Counted from the first letter of the stretch, positions 11,166 through 21,310 are shown. The stretch: DNA of 64,000 nucleotides from Acidobacteriota bacterium (GCA_965217775.1 CBDCJH010000002.1:5792001-5856000); one strand, 5' to 3'. Program-made: numbers and translations. The notes: a model not told the origin generated them from the letters alone.

Positions 11166-12758
11166 ATGCGCTACGTCACGCTTCAAGTCTTGTCGGTACT
11201 TCTTGGAATCGGATCCTCCGCCTTTGCGCTTACTGGAATGTCAGCGCCGGAAGACCTGTCCCCGGCCCTGCTGAACCGGCCCGCGTGTCCGGACATCGGT
11301 TCCCGGTTGGAGATCTTCGTCGACTACTTCCTGATCGATCGGCTGCAGGGAGCGCGCCTCAAACTGAATCATCCCCGGCCGGCGGAGGTGGTGATTCGGA
11401 AGGACCGCCCTTGGGAGGGCGAGCACGGTTTCGGCCAGGACGTGATCCGGGATGGCGGCCGCTACCTGATGTACTACTTTTCGGACGGTCGCATGAGTTA
11501 TGCGGAGAGCCGGGACGGTGTCCGATGGACCAAGCCGTCGCTGGGCCTCATCGAAGTCGACGGTAGCCGTGAGAACAATCTGGTGGGGACGGCGGATGGC
11601 CGGGAACTGTACGAACACAAGACCGAACCCTCCGCCCGCTTCTTCCTCGACCGGCGACCGGGCGTGCCCGCCGGGGAGCGGTTCAAGGCCTTGAAGTTGA
11701 ACGAGGGGTGGCGGGCCCACCCCACACCGGAGGACGAGGCCCGGAAGTTCACGCTGGACGATCGAGGGCTCTGGCTGGGCAGTCCCACCGACGTGATCGC
11801 CTTCGTCTCCGGTGACGGCAAGCTCTGGACCAGGCTCCGGGAGGAGCCGATTCTGAGGGACAGCACCTACGGGAAGTTCGACGGCGACTACTCGCTGTTC
11901 TGGTCGGAGTCCGAGAACCAGTACCTGATCTACACCCGCTTCTACACCTCGCCGACTCGTCCGGCCGGAAGGCGCTCCATCGGAAGGCTCACCTCTCCCG
12001 ACCTGTTCAACTGGTCCCGGCTGGAGCCCATGACCTTCGGCGACGGGGGCGCCATTCCCGAGAATCAGCTCTATATCAACAAGACCCAGCCCTATTACCG
12101 GACCCCCCACATCTATCTCGCCTTTCCCGCGCGCCTGATGGAAGGGCGCCAGGCCCTCAGCGACGAACAGGCCCAGGCGGCGTCCCGCCAGCAAGGAGTC
12201 CCGGTGGAGCGCTGGCAGGACTGTTCGGAAACGATCCTCATGAGCACCCGCGGAGGCACTCGGTACGACACCACTTTTCGCGAGGGTTTCATCCGGCCGG
12301 GCAGGGGGGCGCTGAATTGGAAGACCCGGACCACCTACGCCCTCCAGGGCGTCGTTCCCACCGGCAAGGAGGAGATGTCGATCTATGTCACCCGGGCGGC
12401 CGGAACACCCTCCTGGCACGTCCGCAGGTATGTCCTGCGGGTGGACGGTTTCGCGTCGGTGCACGCTCCCTACGCGGGTGGGGAGATGGTCACGAGGCTC
12501 TTCACGTTTTCGGGACGCGAACTGGTCCTCAATTACTCCACCTCGGCGGCGGGGAGCGTCCGGGTCGAAATCCAGGATGCTGCGGGAAATCCGGTTTCCG
12601 GCTATTCCCTGATCGACTCCATCGAGATCATCGGGGATCAGGTTCAAAGGGTGGCGTCCTGGACCGGAGGCAGCGACGTCTCCTCCTTGGAGGGCCGGCC
12701 GGTCCGGCTTCGGTTCGCCATGAAGGACGCCGATCTCTATTCCATTCGCTTTCGGTAG
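11166..12758 (+). CDS. Secreted beta-propeller glycoside-hydrolase-like protein
   Basis: ATG 11166 right after previous stop; signal peptide; 'YAESRDGVRWTKPSLG', 'LRVDGFASV', C-terminal 'RLRFAMKDADLYSIRF'. Confidence 0.75.
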   Translation: MRYVTLQVLSVLLGIGSSAFALTGMSAPEDLSPALLNRPACPDIGSRLEIFVDYFLIDRLQGARLKLNHPRPAEVVIRKDRPWEGEHGFGQDVIRDGGRYLMYYFSDGRMSYAESRDGVRWTKPSLGLIEVDGSRENNLVGTADGRELYEHKTEPSARFFLDRRPGVPAGERFKALKLNEGWRAHPTPEDEARKFTLDDRGLWLGSPTDVIAFVSGDGKLWTRLREEPILRDSTYGKFDGDYSLFWSESENQYLIYTRFYTSPTRPAGRRSIGRLTSPDLFNWSRLEPMTFGDGGAIPENQLYINKTQPYYRTPHIYLAFPARLMEGRQALSDEQAQAASRQQGVPVERWQDCSETILMSTRGGTRYDTTFREGFIRPGRGALNWKTRTTYALQGVVPTGKEEMSIYVTRAAGTPSWHVRRYVLRVDGFASVHAPYAGGEMVTRLFTFSGRELVLNYSTSAAGSVRVEIQDAAGNPVSGYSLIDSIEIIGDQVQRVASWTGGSDVSSLEGRPVRLRFAMKDADLYSIRFR

Positions 12759-12806
12759 GGCGAATGGGTCGTCCGGAGCGAGTCCGGGCGGCCCCTGGCT
12801 CCGCCG

Positions 12807-14342
12807 TCACAACGGAGGTTCGGAGACGCCGTAGAGTGATCGCAGGCGTTTGAGTTCGGCCTGTAGTTCAGCGGTGACCTGTTCCATGCCGTTTCTCCCA
12901 AACAGGCTCTGCAGTTCCTGCGGGTCCCGCTCCAGGTCGAAAAGCTCCCACTCGCCGCTCTCGTAGAAGCGGATCAGTTTGTAACGCTCGGTCCGCACCC
13001 CTTCATGCGCCGGGACGCCGTGAGCCAACTGGCTCTCGTAGTAGTGGTAGTAGAAGGACCGGCGCCAATCCTGGGGCACCGTGCCCTTGAGGATGGGAAC
13101 CAGGCTGCGGCCCTGCATCCGGGGAGGGATCCGGACACCGGCCATCTCCAGAAAGGTGGCGGCGTAGTCCAGGTTGGAGACCAAATCGCGGCTGGCGGAG
13201 CCGGGCTCGACCGCACCGGGCCACCGTATCACCAAGGGAGTCCGCAACGACTCGCGGTACATCCAGCGCTTGTCGAACCAGCCGTGCTCCCCCAGATAGA
13301 AGCCCTGATCGGAGCTGTAGACCACGATGGTGTTCCGGGACAGACCGGTGGCGTCCAGGTAACGGAGCAGGCGCCCGACGTTGTCGTCGACGGAAGCGAT
13401 GCAGCGCAAATAGTCCTTGATGTAGCGTTGGTACTTCCAACGGAGGAGTTCCTTCCCCTGCAGATCGGCCGCCTGAAAGGCCTTGTTCTTGGGTTCGTAA
13501 ATGGCATCCCAGACGGCTTTCTGCTCCGGATTCATCCTTCCGTAGGTTCGTCTCCACCGGATCAGGAACGGGTCGTCCCCGGCGGTTCCCGGAAGCGGCC
13601 GGAACTTCAGATCGTGGGGGGTCATGTGCCGTCCGATCTCCATCCGGTTCCGGGACGCCGGCGATGCCCGTCCGGCGTAGTCGTCGAACAGAGTCGGCGG
13701 TTCCCACATCTGCTCGTCGTCGTAGAGGGTCAAGTGCTCCGGTCCGGACATCCAGTGGCGATGCGGCGCCTTGTGCTGGCTCATGAGCAGGAAGGGCTGG
13801 TCCGGGTTCCGGTTCCGGAGCCACTCCAGTGAGAGATCCGTGATGATGTCCGTCGTGTAACCGGTATGCCGGCGGCGCGTGTCGTCCGGGCCGACCCGCA
13901 TGTCCGGGTTGTAGTAGGCCCCCTGTCCCGGCAGCACTTCCCAATCGTCGAAGCCGGTGGGCGCCGACTTCAAATGCCACTTCCCGAAGATGGCCGTCTG
14001 GTACCCGGCCTCCCGCAGCAGCTTGGGAAAGGTCTGCTTCGAGCCGTCGAACGGCAGGCGATTGTCCAGGACTCCGTTGAGGTGACTGTACTTGCCGGTG
14101 AGGATCACGGCCCGGCTGGGGGCGCAGATGGAATTCGTGACCAGCGCCCGGTCGAACCGCATTCCCTCGCGGGCGATCCGGTCGAGGTTGGGGGTTCGGT
14201 TCAGCTTCGAGCCATACGCGCCGACCGCCTGGTAGGCGTGGTCGTCGGTGAAGATGAAGAGGATGTTGGGCGGTTTGGCGGGGGCGGGCCGGTACCAGGC
14301 CAACAGCAGCAACAGCGGCGTCGAAGCAGCGATCAGGCGCAT
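12807..14342 (-). CDS. Formylglycine-dependent sulfatase (GlcNAc-6-sulfatase-like)
   Basis: '[11 protein letters not shown]', Cys-type signature '[11 protein letters not shown]', 'GKWHL', '[21 protein letters not shown]'. Confidence 0.93.
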   Translation of the reverse strand: MRLIAASTPLLLLLAWYRPAPAKPPNILFIFTDDHAYQAVGAYGSKLNRTPNLDRIAREGMRFDRALVTNSICAPSRAVILTGKYSHLNGVLDNRLPFDGSKQTFPKLLREAGYQTAIFGKWHLKSAPTGFDDWEVLPGQGAYYNPDMRVGPDDTRRRHTGYTTDIITDLSLEWLRNRNPDQPFLLMSQHKAPHRHWMSGPEHLTLYDDEQMWEPPTLFDDYAGRASPASRNRMEIGRHMTPHDLKFRPLPGTAGDDPFLIRWRRTYGRMNPEQKAVWDAIYEPKNKAFQAADLQGKELLRWKYQRYIKDYLRCIASVDDNVGRLLRYLDATGLSRNTIVVYSSDQGFYLGEHGWFDKRWMYRESLRTPLVIRWPGAVEPGSASRDLVSNLDYAATFLEMAGVRIPPRMQGRSLVPILKGTVPQDWRRSFYYHYYESQLAHGVPAHEGVRTERYKLIRFYESGEWELFDLERDPQELQSLFGRNGMEQVTAELQAELKRLRSLYGVSEPPL

Positions 14343-14406
14343 ACCCAGGGGAATTCTACTACCGTCGCCGGGTGTCCCGCACCCATGGGCGTTCTCAGAG
14401 GTTGAT

Positions 14407-14442
14407 ATACATAGAACTACAATGCATTATTGTTCTATGTAT
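14407..14442. promoter_or_regulatory. Probable PadR operator (inverted repeat)
   Basis: ATACATAGAAC-N14-GTTCTATGTAT, perfect 11-bp inverted repeat in an AT-rich patch 45 bp upstream of the padR start. Confidence 0.65.
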
Positions 14443-14486
14443 CGATCCATGATTCCTGTTGCCGCCGTCGTGGGAGATGGGAAGAC

Positions 14487-14855
14487 ATGAACTTCGGCAA
14501 GGATCTGGTGGCGGCTTCGGCGACGCCGCTGGTGCTGGCGATACTGGCCGAGGGAGACAGCTACGGTTACGCGATCCTGAAACGCGTCCGCGAGCTCTCC
14601 GGGGGCCGGTTGCAGTGGACGGACGGAATGCTCTATCCGGTGCTGCACCGGCTGGACCGGCTCGGGTACGTCGAGACCCGGTGGGAGACCTCCCGGAGCG
14701 GCCGCAGGCGCAAGTACTATCGAATCAGTCGGCGGGGACGGGAGCAACTGGAGGATCAACGTCGGCAGTGGCAGGTGGTGGACGCCACGTTGCGAGCCGT
14801 CTGGCTGGAGAGGTCCACAGCGGCGTCTGGACCACCGCTGATGCAGGAGAGTTGA
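14487..14855 (+). CDS. PadR family transcriptional regulator
   Basis: 'SYGYAILKRVRELSGG', 'GMLYPVLHRL', 'RRRKYYRI'. Confidence 0.92.
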   Translation: MNFGKDLVAASATPLVLAILAEGDSYGYAILKRVRELSGGRLQWTDGMLYPVLHRLDRLGYVETRWETSRSGRRRKYYRISRRGREQLEDQRRQWQVVDATLRAVWLERSTAASGPPLMQES

Positions 14856-14860
14856 CGAAG

Positions 14861-16237
14861 ATGGCCGTATCCGGAAGACAACGGGAGACCCTGGAGGGGC
14901 AGATCGCCGAGTGGCGGGTTTACCTGCGCCGTCGCCGGGCAATACTCGACCCTGATGTGGAAGAGCTGGAAATTCACCTGCGGGAACAGGTCAACGAGCT
15001 GGTCGACGCCGGCCTGGCGTCGGACGAAGCCTTTCTGGTGGGAGTCAAGCGGATGGGCCGCCTGGACGCTCTTTCCCGAGAGTTCGCGCGGGAGCATTCG
15101 GAGCGCCTTTGGAAACAACTGGTCCTGGCGCCGGACGAGGACAGCGGCCAAAGTCGGGGCTCTACGGTGGAGGTGGCCGTGGCTGTCTGTCTGGCCGCCG
15201 CCGCCGCGATGGCCGTCAAGGTGCCCGAGCTCGTCGGCCACTCCCACATCGGCTACGGCGACGGATTCTATCCCCGGAACATCAGCCTCTTGGTTCTGCC
15301 TCTGCTCACCGGCTACTTCGTCTGGAAACGGCGCACTCTCGATCTCCGCTGTCTCTGGTTGGCACTTCCGTTCGTTGTGGCTGCCCTATTCATGAATCTT
15401 CTTCCCTTCAAGCTGCGCGGGCACACGGAGGTGCTCGCGGTGCTTCACCTGCCGATTGCGCTCTGGCTGGCCGTGGGCGTCGCCTATGCGGGCGGACGTT
15501 GGCGCCACGGAGGCGGGCGCATGGACTTCGTCCGTTTCTCCGGCGAGTTGTTCATCTACTACGTGCTGATCGCTCTGGGCGGCGGCGTGCTGACGGCCTT
15601 CACGGGGGTCATGTTCAAGGCCATCGGCCTGGACGTGGAGTGGCTGGCCGAGAAATGGCTGCTGCCCTGCGGCGCCGCGGGGGCCGCCATCATCGGGGCC
15701 TGGCTGGTGGAGGCCAAGCAGAGCGTCATCGAAAACATGGCGCCGGTCCTGACCCGTCTTTTCACGCCTCTGTTCACCGTGGTCCTCCTGGCCTTTCTGG
15801 CGACCATGGTCTGGACCGGCAGCGGCATCGACGTGAAGCGGGAAGTGCTCATCGGGTTCGACCTGTTGTTGGCGCTGGTCCTGGGATTGCTGCTCTACGC
15901 CGTTTCGGCCCGCGACCCCTTGTCGCCGCCCGATGCCTTCGACGTGCTGCAGTTCGTGCTGGTGGTCAGCGCTCTGGTCGTCGACCTTCTGGCTCTGGCG
16001 GCCATCGCGACTCGCATCTCCGAGTTCGGATTCAGCCCCAACCGGGTGGCGGCGCTGGGCGAGAACCTGATCCTGCTGGTCAATCTGGGGTGGTCGGCCT
16101 GCCTCTACGCCCGCTTCCTGCTGGGCAGAGGTTCGTTTGTCGCCCTGGAGCGCTGGCAGACCATGTACCTTCCCGTCTATGCCGTATGGGCCGGCTTCGT
16201 CGTCGTGGGCTTCCCCCCGCTGTTCGGCTACGTCTGA
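14861..16237 (+). CDS. Permease-prefix-domain-1-containing membrane protein
   Basis: ATG 14861 after GGAG; 'ELEIHLREQV...GLASDEAFLVGVKRMG' prefix, then many TM helices; usual PadR partner. Confidence 0.8.
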   Translation: MAVSGRQRETLEGQIAEWRVYLRRRRAILDPDVEELEIHLREQVNELVDAGLASDEAFLVGVKRMGRLDALSREFAREHSERLWKQLVLAPDEDSGQSRGSTVEVAVAVCLAAAAAMAVKVPELVGHSHIGYGDGFYPRNISLLVLPLLTGYFVWKRRTLDLRCLWLALPFVVAALFMNLLPFKLRGHTEVLAVLHLPIALWLAVGVAYAGGRWRHGGGRMDFVRFSGELFIYYVLIALGGGVLTAFTGVMFKAIGLDVEWLAEKWLLPCGAAGAAIIGAWLVEAKQSVIENMAPVLTRLFTPLFTVVLLAFLATMVWTGSGIDVKREVLIGFDLLLALVLGLLLYAVSARDPLSPPDAFDVLQFVLVVSALVVDLLALAAIATRISEFGFSPNRVAALGENLILLVNLGWSACLYARFLLGRGSFVALERWQTMYLPVYAVWAGFVVVGFPPLFGYV

Positions 16238-16271
16238 ATTCAATTGGGTCGGACCGCTCGATTCTCATTTC

Positions 16272-17588
16272 CTATTCGGCGGCAGGACCCTCGTTACGCC
16301 ACCAGCGGAATTCGTTGCTTCCGATCTCGGCGACGGCGGCCACGTCCAGGTCCCCGTCTCCATCCAGATCGGCCAGAATGACCATGTTGGCGCGTGGCCA
16401 CGAGGTCTTCAGGGAATGGGCCGGCCATCGCGAACGGGAAGTCCCGGGATTCTCGAGCCAGAGTATCTGCCCGGCGGTACCCCACGCCGTAGCCGCAACA
16501 TCCGGGTCGCCGTCGCCGTCCAGATCACCGGCCACGGCCTCAAAGGCGCCCGGAAGGGATTCGAGGATGGTGTGGCGGGGCCAAGGGCCGTCTCCCGGTG
16601 TGCCGTCGTTCTCGTACCAGACGACTCCGGAGTGGTCCTCCCCGCCCGGACTCGCTCCCATTCCCAGGGCCAGCACCAGATCCGGGTCGCCGTCGTTATC
16701 CATGTCCACCGGATTCCCGTGCATGGGCCGGCGTGCATCGGCGTCGATGAGGTGACGCTTCCAAGGCTGTGAGAGCGGATCGCCGCTGTTTTCGTACCAG
16801 AGGACCAGCCCGTCGCCGGCTGCCGTTCCCAAGAGGTCCTCGTCGCCGTCTCCATCCACGTCGGCCACGCGGATGCATCGAGTCTCCGCCACGTTCACGT
16901 CAATCAGGTGTTTGGGCCACTCCCGTCCCTCTTCATAGCAGAGCTGGGTCGGAGGACCGATGCACACGGTTCCCGGGTTCTCGAACCAGGCGAACTGGTT
17001 CCCCATCCTCCAGGAGGAGGCGGCCACGTCCGGGTCGCCGTCGGCGTCCAAATCCGAGATCGCGACGCTGTAGGCTCCCGCCAGGTTGGTGGTGATGACG
17101 TGCCGCTTCCACAGTTCCCGGCTCTCCGGATTCCCGGGGTTCTGGAACCAGAGAAGGTGGCCGTACAGATTTTTGACGATCACCACATCCGGGTGGGTAT
17201 CCTGGTTGACGTCGCCCACCATGTGCCGCTCCAACCGCTCCGGATCGTCCTTCTGGATGAAGCGCCGGCTGAAGGTCCCCGACCCGTCGTTCTCGAACCA
17301 GTAGAGGTCGTTGGCGGGAGTGTAATCGGCACTGGTCAGGTCCAGATCGCCGTCCTTGTCCAGGTCGGCGGCCCAGATGCCGTAGGGATAGGCGTAGCCG
17401 TCCATGATCAGGTGCTCGGTAAATCGAACCGGAGCCGGAGAGGAGGTGTCAACCGGGCCAACGCCTTTGGGAGCCTCCTCCGGCTGACAGGCCGCCAGGA
17501 CGCCGGACAAGACCAGCAGGCATCCAAGTCGGCGCCGGCTCTTGGCGCCGGTCCTGGGAACTCGAATCGGAATCGGGACGGATCTCAC
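16272..17588 (-). CDS. FG-GAP/VCBS repeat lipoprotein
   Basis: 'VLAAC' lipobox; repeated 'DLDxDGDxDV...WFENPG' calcium blades. Confidence 0.88.
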   Translation of the reverse strand: MRSVPIPIRVPRTGAKSRRRLGCLLVLSGVLAACQPEEAPKGVGPVDTSSPAPVRFTEHLIMDGYAYPYGIWAADLDKDGDLDLTSADYTPANDLYWFENDGSGTFSRRFIQKDDPERLERHMVGDVNQDTHPDVVIVKNLYGHLLWFQNPGNPESRELWKRHVITTNLAGAYSVAISDLDADGDPDVAASSWRMGNQFAWFENPGTVCIGPPTQLCYEEGREWPKHLIDVNVAETRCIRVADVDGDGDEDLLGTAAGDGLVLWYENSGDPLSQPWKRHLIDADARRPMHGNPVDMDNDGDPDLVLALGMGASPGGEDHSGVVWYENDGTPGDGPWPRHTILESLPGAFEAVAGDLDGDGDPDVAATAWGTAGQILWLENPGTSRSRWPAHSLKTSWPRANMVILADLDGDGDLDVAAVAEIGSNEFRWWRNEGPAAE

Positions 17589-17670
17589 TGTGTGCCCTCC
17601 CGGGGTGGTCCGTGGAGACGATCGCCACGGACGGTCTGGTCAGGATAGCGCCCGGACGAGCCATTACCAA

Positions 17671-17767
17671 GTAGGGGCGGCCCTTGTGGCCGCCCTCCCT
17701 TGTGGCCGCCCTCCCCGGGGCCGAACAGTGAGGAGCGACAGAGGGCACCCACAAGGGGCGCCCCTGC
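17671..17767. repeat. GTAG-type REP doublet
   Basis: GTAGGGGCGGCCCTTGTGGCCGCCC with an internal CCCTTGTGGCCGCCC duplication, and an inverted copy GGGCACCCACAAGGGGCGCCCCTGC. Confidence 0.75.
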
Positions 17768-17846
17768 GTCGCGAGCCTCGTTCAAACCTGCTTCCCCTGT
17801 TCTACCGAACCCCAAGACAAATGGGGAAAGTCCTGTTCCGGGCTGA

Positions 17847-17875
17847 TTGTGATCCGGTCACGGCTTTGCTATGAT
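17847..17875 (+). promoter_or_regulatory. Putative sigma70 promoter of the first STAS gene
   Basis: TTGTGA-N17-TATGAT with TGn extended -10; GTGA-TCCGG-TCAC palindrome overlaps the -35. Confidence 0.45.
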
Positions 17876-17943
17876 GCCGTGCGGTTGCCATATTCCCACT
17901 GCAGAATTTAAAATCCGACCGGAGTTTTCAAGGAGTCATTTCG

Positions 17944-18282
17944 ATGGAAGTTCACACGGAGCGGAAAGGCGGCGCCATGATCGCCAGGGCGGTGGGTCGT
18001 ATCGACGGCGCCAACGCGCGTGAGTTCGAAAATGCCCTCCATGCGACACTCGGCGAAAATGACAAGGCCTTGATTCTGGACATGCAGTCGCTCTCCTACG
18101 TCAGCAGCGCGGGCCTTCGTGTCATCCTGATGGCTGCAAAGATGCTCCAAAGGCGGGGCGGAAAATTCGTGGTCTGCTCACTCTCGGATTCCATAAACGA
18201 GGTCTTCGAGATCAGTGGCTTCAACCGGATCATCCCGACCCACGCGACCCGTTCCGAAGCGCTCGCCGCCCTCGGCGAGTAG
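17944..18282 (+). CDS. STAS-domain anti-sigma factor antagonist (RsbV-like), copy 1
   Basis: 'GRIDGANAREFE', phospho-Ser motif 'LSYVSSAGLRV', 'EVFEISGF'. Confidence 0.93.
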   Translation: MEVHTERKGGAMIARAVGRIDGANAREFENALHATLGENDKALILDMQSLSYVSSAGLRVILMAAKMLQRRGGKFVVCSLSDSINEVFEISGFNRIIPTHATRSEALAALGE

Positions 18283-18476
18283 GAAACCCTTGCGTAGACT
18301 GGATTCCGGAGACCCATCCGTCGGACAGGTGGCGACGACGTTGAATTACGAGTATATCTGACCCACATTCGTGCCCACTGCCGGGAGGTCGTCGCAGCTT
18401 ACGCTGCTGGGTCCCGGCGCGAGCAATGGATCATCGGAAATGGTAGGCGTACGGCAAAGTCTACGGGAGACCTGAC

Positions 18477-19667
18477 GTGGAACCGACGAAATTGGACCTG
18501 ATGAACCGTCCCTGCAAGATCCTGGTGGTGGACGACGAACCGGATCTTGAGCCGCTCATGCTTCAGCGCATGCGGCGGGCCATCCGCGCGGGCCAGTACA
18601 CCTTCGTGTTCGCCCGTAACGGTGTCGAAGCCCTGGATCGGCTGAACGAGGAACAGGACATCGACATGGTGCTGTCGGACATCAACATGCCTCAGATGGA
18701 CGGCCTCACCTTGTTGCAGCAGATCCCCAAGGTCGACCCCAACATCCGTTCCGTCATCATTTCGGCGTACGGCGACATGAAGAACATCCGTACGGCCATG
18801 AATCGGGGCGCCTTCGACTTCGTCACCAAGCCGCTGGATTTCAAGGACCTGCGAATCACCATCGAGCGGACGGTGCAACACATGTTGGAGTGGCGCGAGG
18901 CCCTGGCGTCGCGCGACAAGCTGGTAGCGCTGCAGAACGAGCTCAACGTTGCCAACCAGATGCAGCAATCCATTCTTCCCAGCCATTTCCCCAAGACCGC
19001 CGAATACGAAGTCTCCGCCAGCATGGAGGCGGCGCGGAATGTGGGCGGCGATTTCTTCGATGTCATCTACCTTCACGCAGGCCGGATCGGTCTGGCCATT
19101 GCAGACGTTTCGGACAAGGGCGTGCCCGCCGCTCTCTTCATGATGTCCAGCCGGACTCTGCTCAAGGGTGCCGCCATCGGAACTCTGTCACCGGGCCCGG
19201 TACTGCGGGAGGTCAATAACCTGCTGGACGAGGACAATGACGCCGGCATGTTCGTCACCGTTCTGTATGCGGTGTACGATCCAGCCACCGGGGAACTCAC
19301 CTATGCCAATGGTGGGCACAACTCCCCGCTCGTCGTCCATGCCGATGGCAGTTCGTCCCTGCTTCCCCTCACTGAGGGGATCGCCCTGGGCGTGATCCCC
19401 AATCTCGATTTCCTCGAGAACACCGTGGTCCTCTCACCCGGAGACACCGTGGTTTTCTACACGGACGGCGTCACCGAGGCGATGGACGACGACGGCCAGG
19501 AGTTCGGTACGAAGCGCCTTTTCAACATCTTCGCGGATGGCTCCCCCAATGATTCCCAAGAGGCCACCGAAGCCGTCTTCAAGGCAGTGAGAGACTTTGT
19601 CGGAGATACGCCGCAATCGGACGACATTACTTGCATGACGCTCTATCGCGGGGAGAGGGATCGTTGA
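18477..19667 (+). CDS. Receiver domain + PP2C (SpoIIE/RsbU-like) phosphatase
   Basis: 'KILVVDDE...SDINMPQMDG...KP' receiver; 'VGGDFFD', 'IADVSDKG', 'YTDGVTEA', 'QSDDIT'. Start may be ATG 18501. Confidence 0.93.
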   Translation: MEPTKLDLMNRPCKILVVDDEPDLEPLMLQRMRRAIRAGQYTFVFARNGVEALDRLNEEQDIDMVLSDINMPQMDGLTLLQQIPKVDPNIRSVIISAYGDMKNIRTAMNRGAFDFVTKPLDFKDLRITIERTVQHMLEWREALASRDKLVALQNELNVANQMQQSILPSHFPKTAEYEVSASMEAARNVGGDFFDVIYLHAGRIGLAIADVSDKGVPAALFMMSSRTLLKGAAIGTLSPGPVLREVNNLLDEDNDAGMFVTVLYAVYDPATGELTYANGGHNSPLVVHADGSSSLLPLTEGIALGVIPNLDFLENTVVLSPGDTVVFYTDGVTEAMDDDGQEFGTKRLFNIFADGSPNDSQEATEAVFKAVRDFVGDTPQSDDITCMTLYRGERDR

Positions 19668-20083
19668 GTGGGAAACTATCCCTGAAGGTCGAACCCAGAG
19701 CCGAAGAATTGGATACGATCACCGCCGCCGTGGAGGAATTCGGCGACGCCGAACAATGGCCTCCCGACCTGATCTTTCGGGTCAACCTGGTTATCGAGGA
19801 GGTGGGACTCAACATCATCAATCACGGGAGGACCGACGATCTTCATGAGATCGAGATCACTGTGACCTCGAAGCCGGAATCCCTCACCATCGAGATCGTG
19901 GACAATGGTCTCCCCTTCGATCCGCGAAAAGACGCGCCCGAGCCCGATGTCGACGCCGGGGTCGCGGAACGTCCCATAGGCGGTCTGGGTGTCTATCTGG
20001 TGCGCACCATGATGGACGAGTTGCGCTATCGCCGCGAGGGGGACAGAAACTATCTGACGCTGGTCAAAGGGCGAGTCGAGTGA
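19664..20083 (+). CDS. RsbW-like anti-sigma factor / serine kinase, copy 1
   Basis: TTG 19664 overlaps upstream TGA; 'LVIEEVGLNIINHG', 'DNGLPFDP', 'GGLGVYLV'. Confidence 0.92.
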   Translation: MSGKLSLKVEPRAEELDTITAAVEEFGDAEQWPPDLIFRVNLVIEEVGLNIINHGRTDDLHEIEITVTSKPESLTIEIVDNGLPFDPRKDAPEPDVDAGVAERPIGGLGVYLVRTMMDELRYRREGDRNYLTLVKGRVE

Positions 20084-20260
20084 AGCGGAGGTCCGACTCG
20101 ACCACCAGGCTCCAAGCTGCCGGCTTCCAGTGTTCCACGGCGGCGCGACGGGTGGAACGGGCGGTCACCTTCGCGATAGCCTGAGGTCGTCAGCCCCGGC
20201 GAGAAACGCCCGCTGCTACGGGACACGCGAACGATCCGCTCGGTCGCGTATGGGTTTGCG

Positions 20261-21238
20261 ATGGACAGGGCCGCTGCCATGGAAACGCCGTCCGGCAAGG
20301 CCGCGACGGATGAGAACTTCCCCGTCGGCTCCTGGTTGTTGCCGGCGCACCTGCGACCCCATATCGCGACCTTCTATGCCTATGCCCGGGCGATCGACGA
20401 TATCGCCGACAATCCTGACCTGGGTCCGGACGAAAAGGTCGAGCGACTGCTCGGCTTCGCCAAAGCGGTGAGTGGCGTCGAAACAGCAGATCCCGCCTTT
20501 CGAAAAGCACACGAGATCCGCCGGAGCCTGGTTGCGACGCAGATAACGCATCGTCATTGCGTCGATCTGACGCGTGCGTTCATACAGGATGCGACCAAAC
20601 TGCGCTACGCCGACTGGAACGATCTGCTCGGCTACTGCGTCCTCTCGGCGGCGCCCGTGGGCCGGTACCTGGTCGATCTGCATGGTGAGTCGAAAGCTGC
20701 GTATCCGGCCAGCGATGCTCTTTGCAACGCTCTCCAGATCCTCAATCACCTGCAGGACTGCGGGGATGACTACAGGGCGTTGAACCGCGTCTATCTGCCC
20801 CAGAACTGGATGGCGGCAGCGGGCGCCGGGGTCGAGGCGCTCGGCCGGAAGCATTCAACGCCGGCACTCAGGCAAGTGTTGGATCGGTGCCTCGATGCAA
20901 CCGATAAGCTGTTGGAGTCGGCTGATCGATTGCCGATCCGGTTTCGCAACCTTCGTTTCGCCATGGAGACGGCCGCGATCTTCGCCATCGCCAAGAAGCT
21001 CGGTGCTGAGCTGCGCGGGCGGGACCCCCTGGCGGAACGAGTCGTGCTGACCAAGGTGCAGTATGCGGCCTGCATCCTACGCGGAGTCGGTCGGGTTCTG
21101 GACCGAAGGGTCTGGCGGCGGCGCCATCCGGCGGCGGCGCGCCCCTTGCAGTCCGTAGTGAAAGTCACGCGAGCACGGAGACCGGTCCTGCGCCCGCCGG
21201 ACAAGGCGCAACGGACGGAGCATACCGGGAGTCTGTGA
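20261..21238 (+). CDS. hpnC: Squalene synthase HpnC (last ~30 codons derive from a repeat element)
   Basis: 'ENFPVGSWLL', 'RAIDDIAD', 'SAAPVGR', 'LQILNHLQD', 'RVYLP'. Start may be ATG 20279. Confidence 0.92.
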   Translation: MDRAAAMETPSGKAATDENFPVGSWLLPAHLRPHIATFYAYARAIDDIADNPDLGPDEKVERLLGFAKAVSGVETADPAFRKAHEIRRSLVATQITHRHCVDLTRAFIQDATKLRYADWNDLLGYCVLSAAPVGRYLVDLHGESKAAYPASDALCNALQILNHLQDCGDDYRALNRVYLPQNWMAAAGAGVEALGRKHSTPALRQVLDRCLDATDKLLESADRLPIRFRNLRFAMETAAIFAIAKKLGAELRGRDPLAERVVLTKVQYAACILRGVGRVLDRRVWRRRHPAAARPLQSVVKVTRARRPVLRPPDKAQRTEHTGSL

Positions 21239-21310
21239 CCGAGTCGCAACGCAGGCCGCCGGGATGCAGGGACGGTCGAATGCCGTGACGACTCGCACCA
21301 CGGGCTGCTA
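21146..21310 (+). repeat. ~165-bp MITE-like element, copy 2 (overlaps hpnC 3' end)
   Basis: TTGCAGTCCGTAG...CCACGGGCTGCTA; shares CCTGCGCCCGCCGGACAAGGCGC and CCGCCGGGATGCAGGGACGGTCGAATGCCGTGA with copy 1. Confidence 0.85.

Noticed and set aside
17853-17870. Sigma54 -24/-12 promoter (GG-N10-GC)
   Set aside because: Lacks the TGGCAC core; a sigma70 reading fits better.
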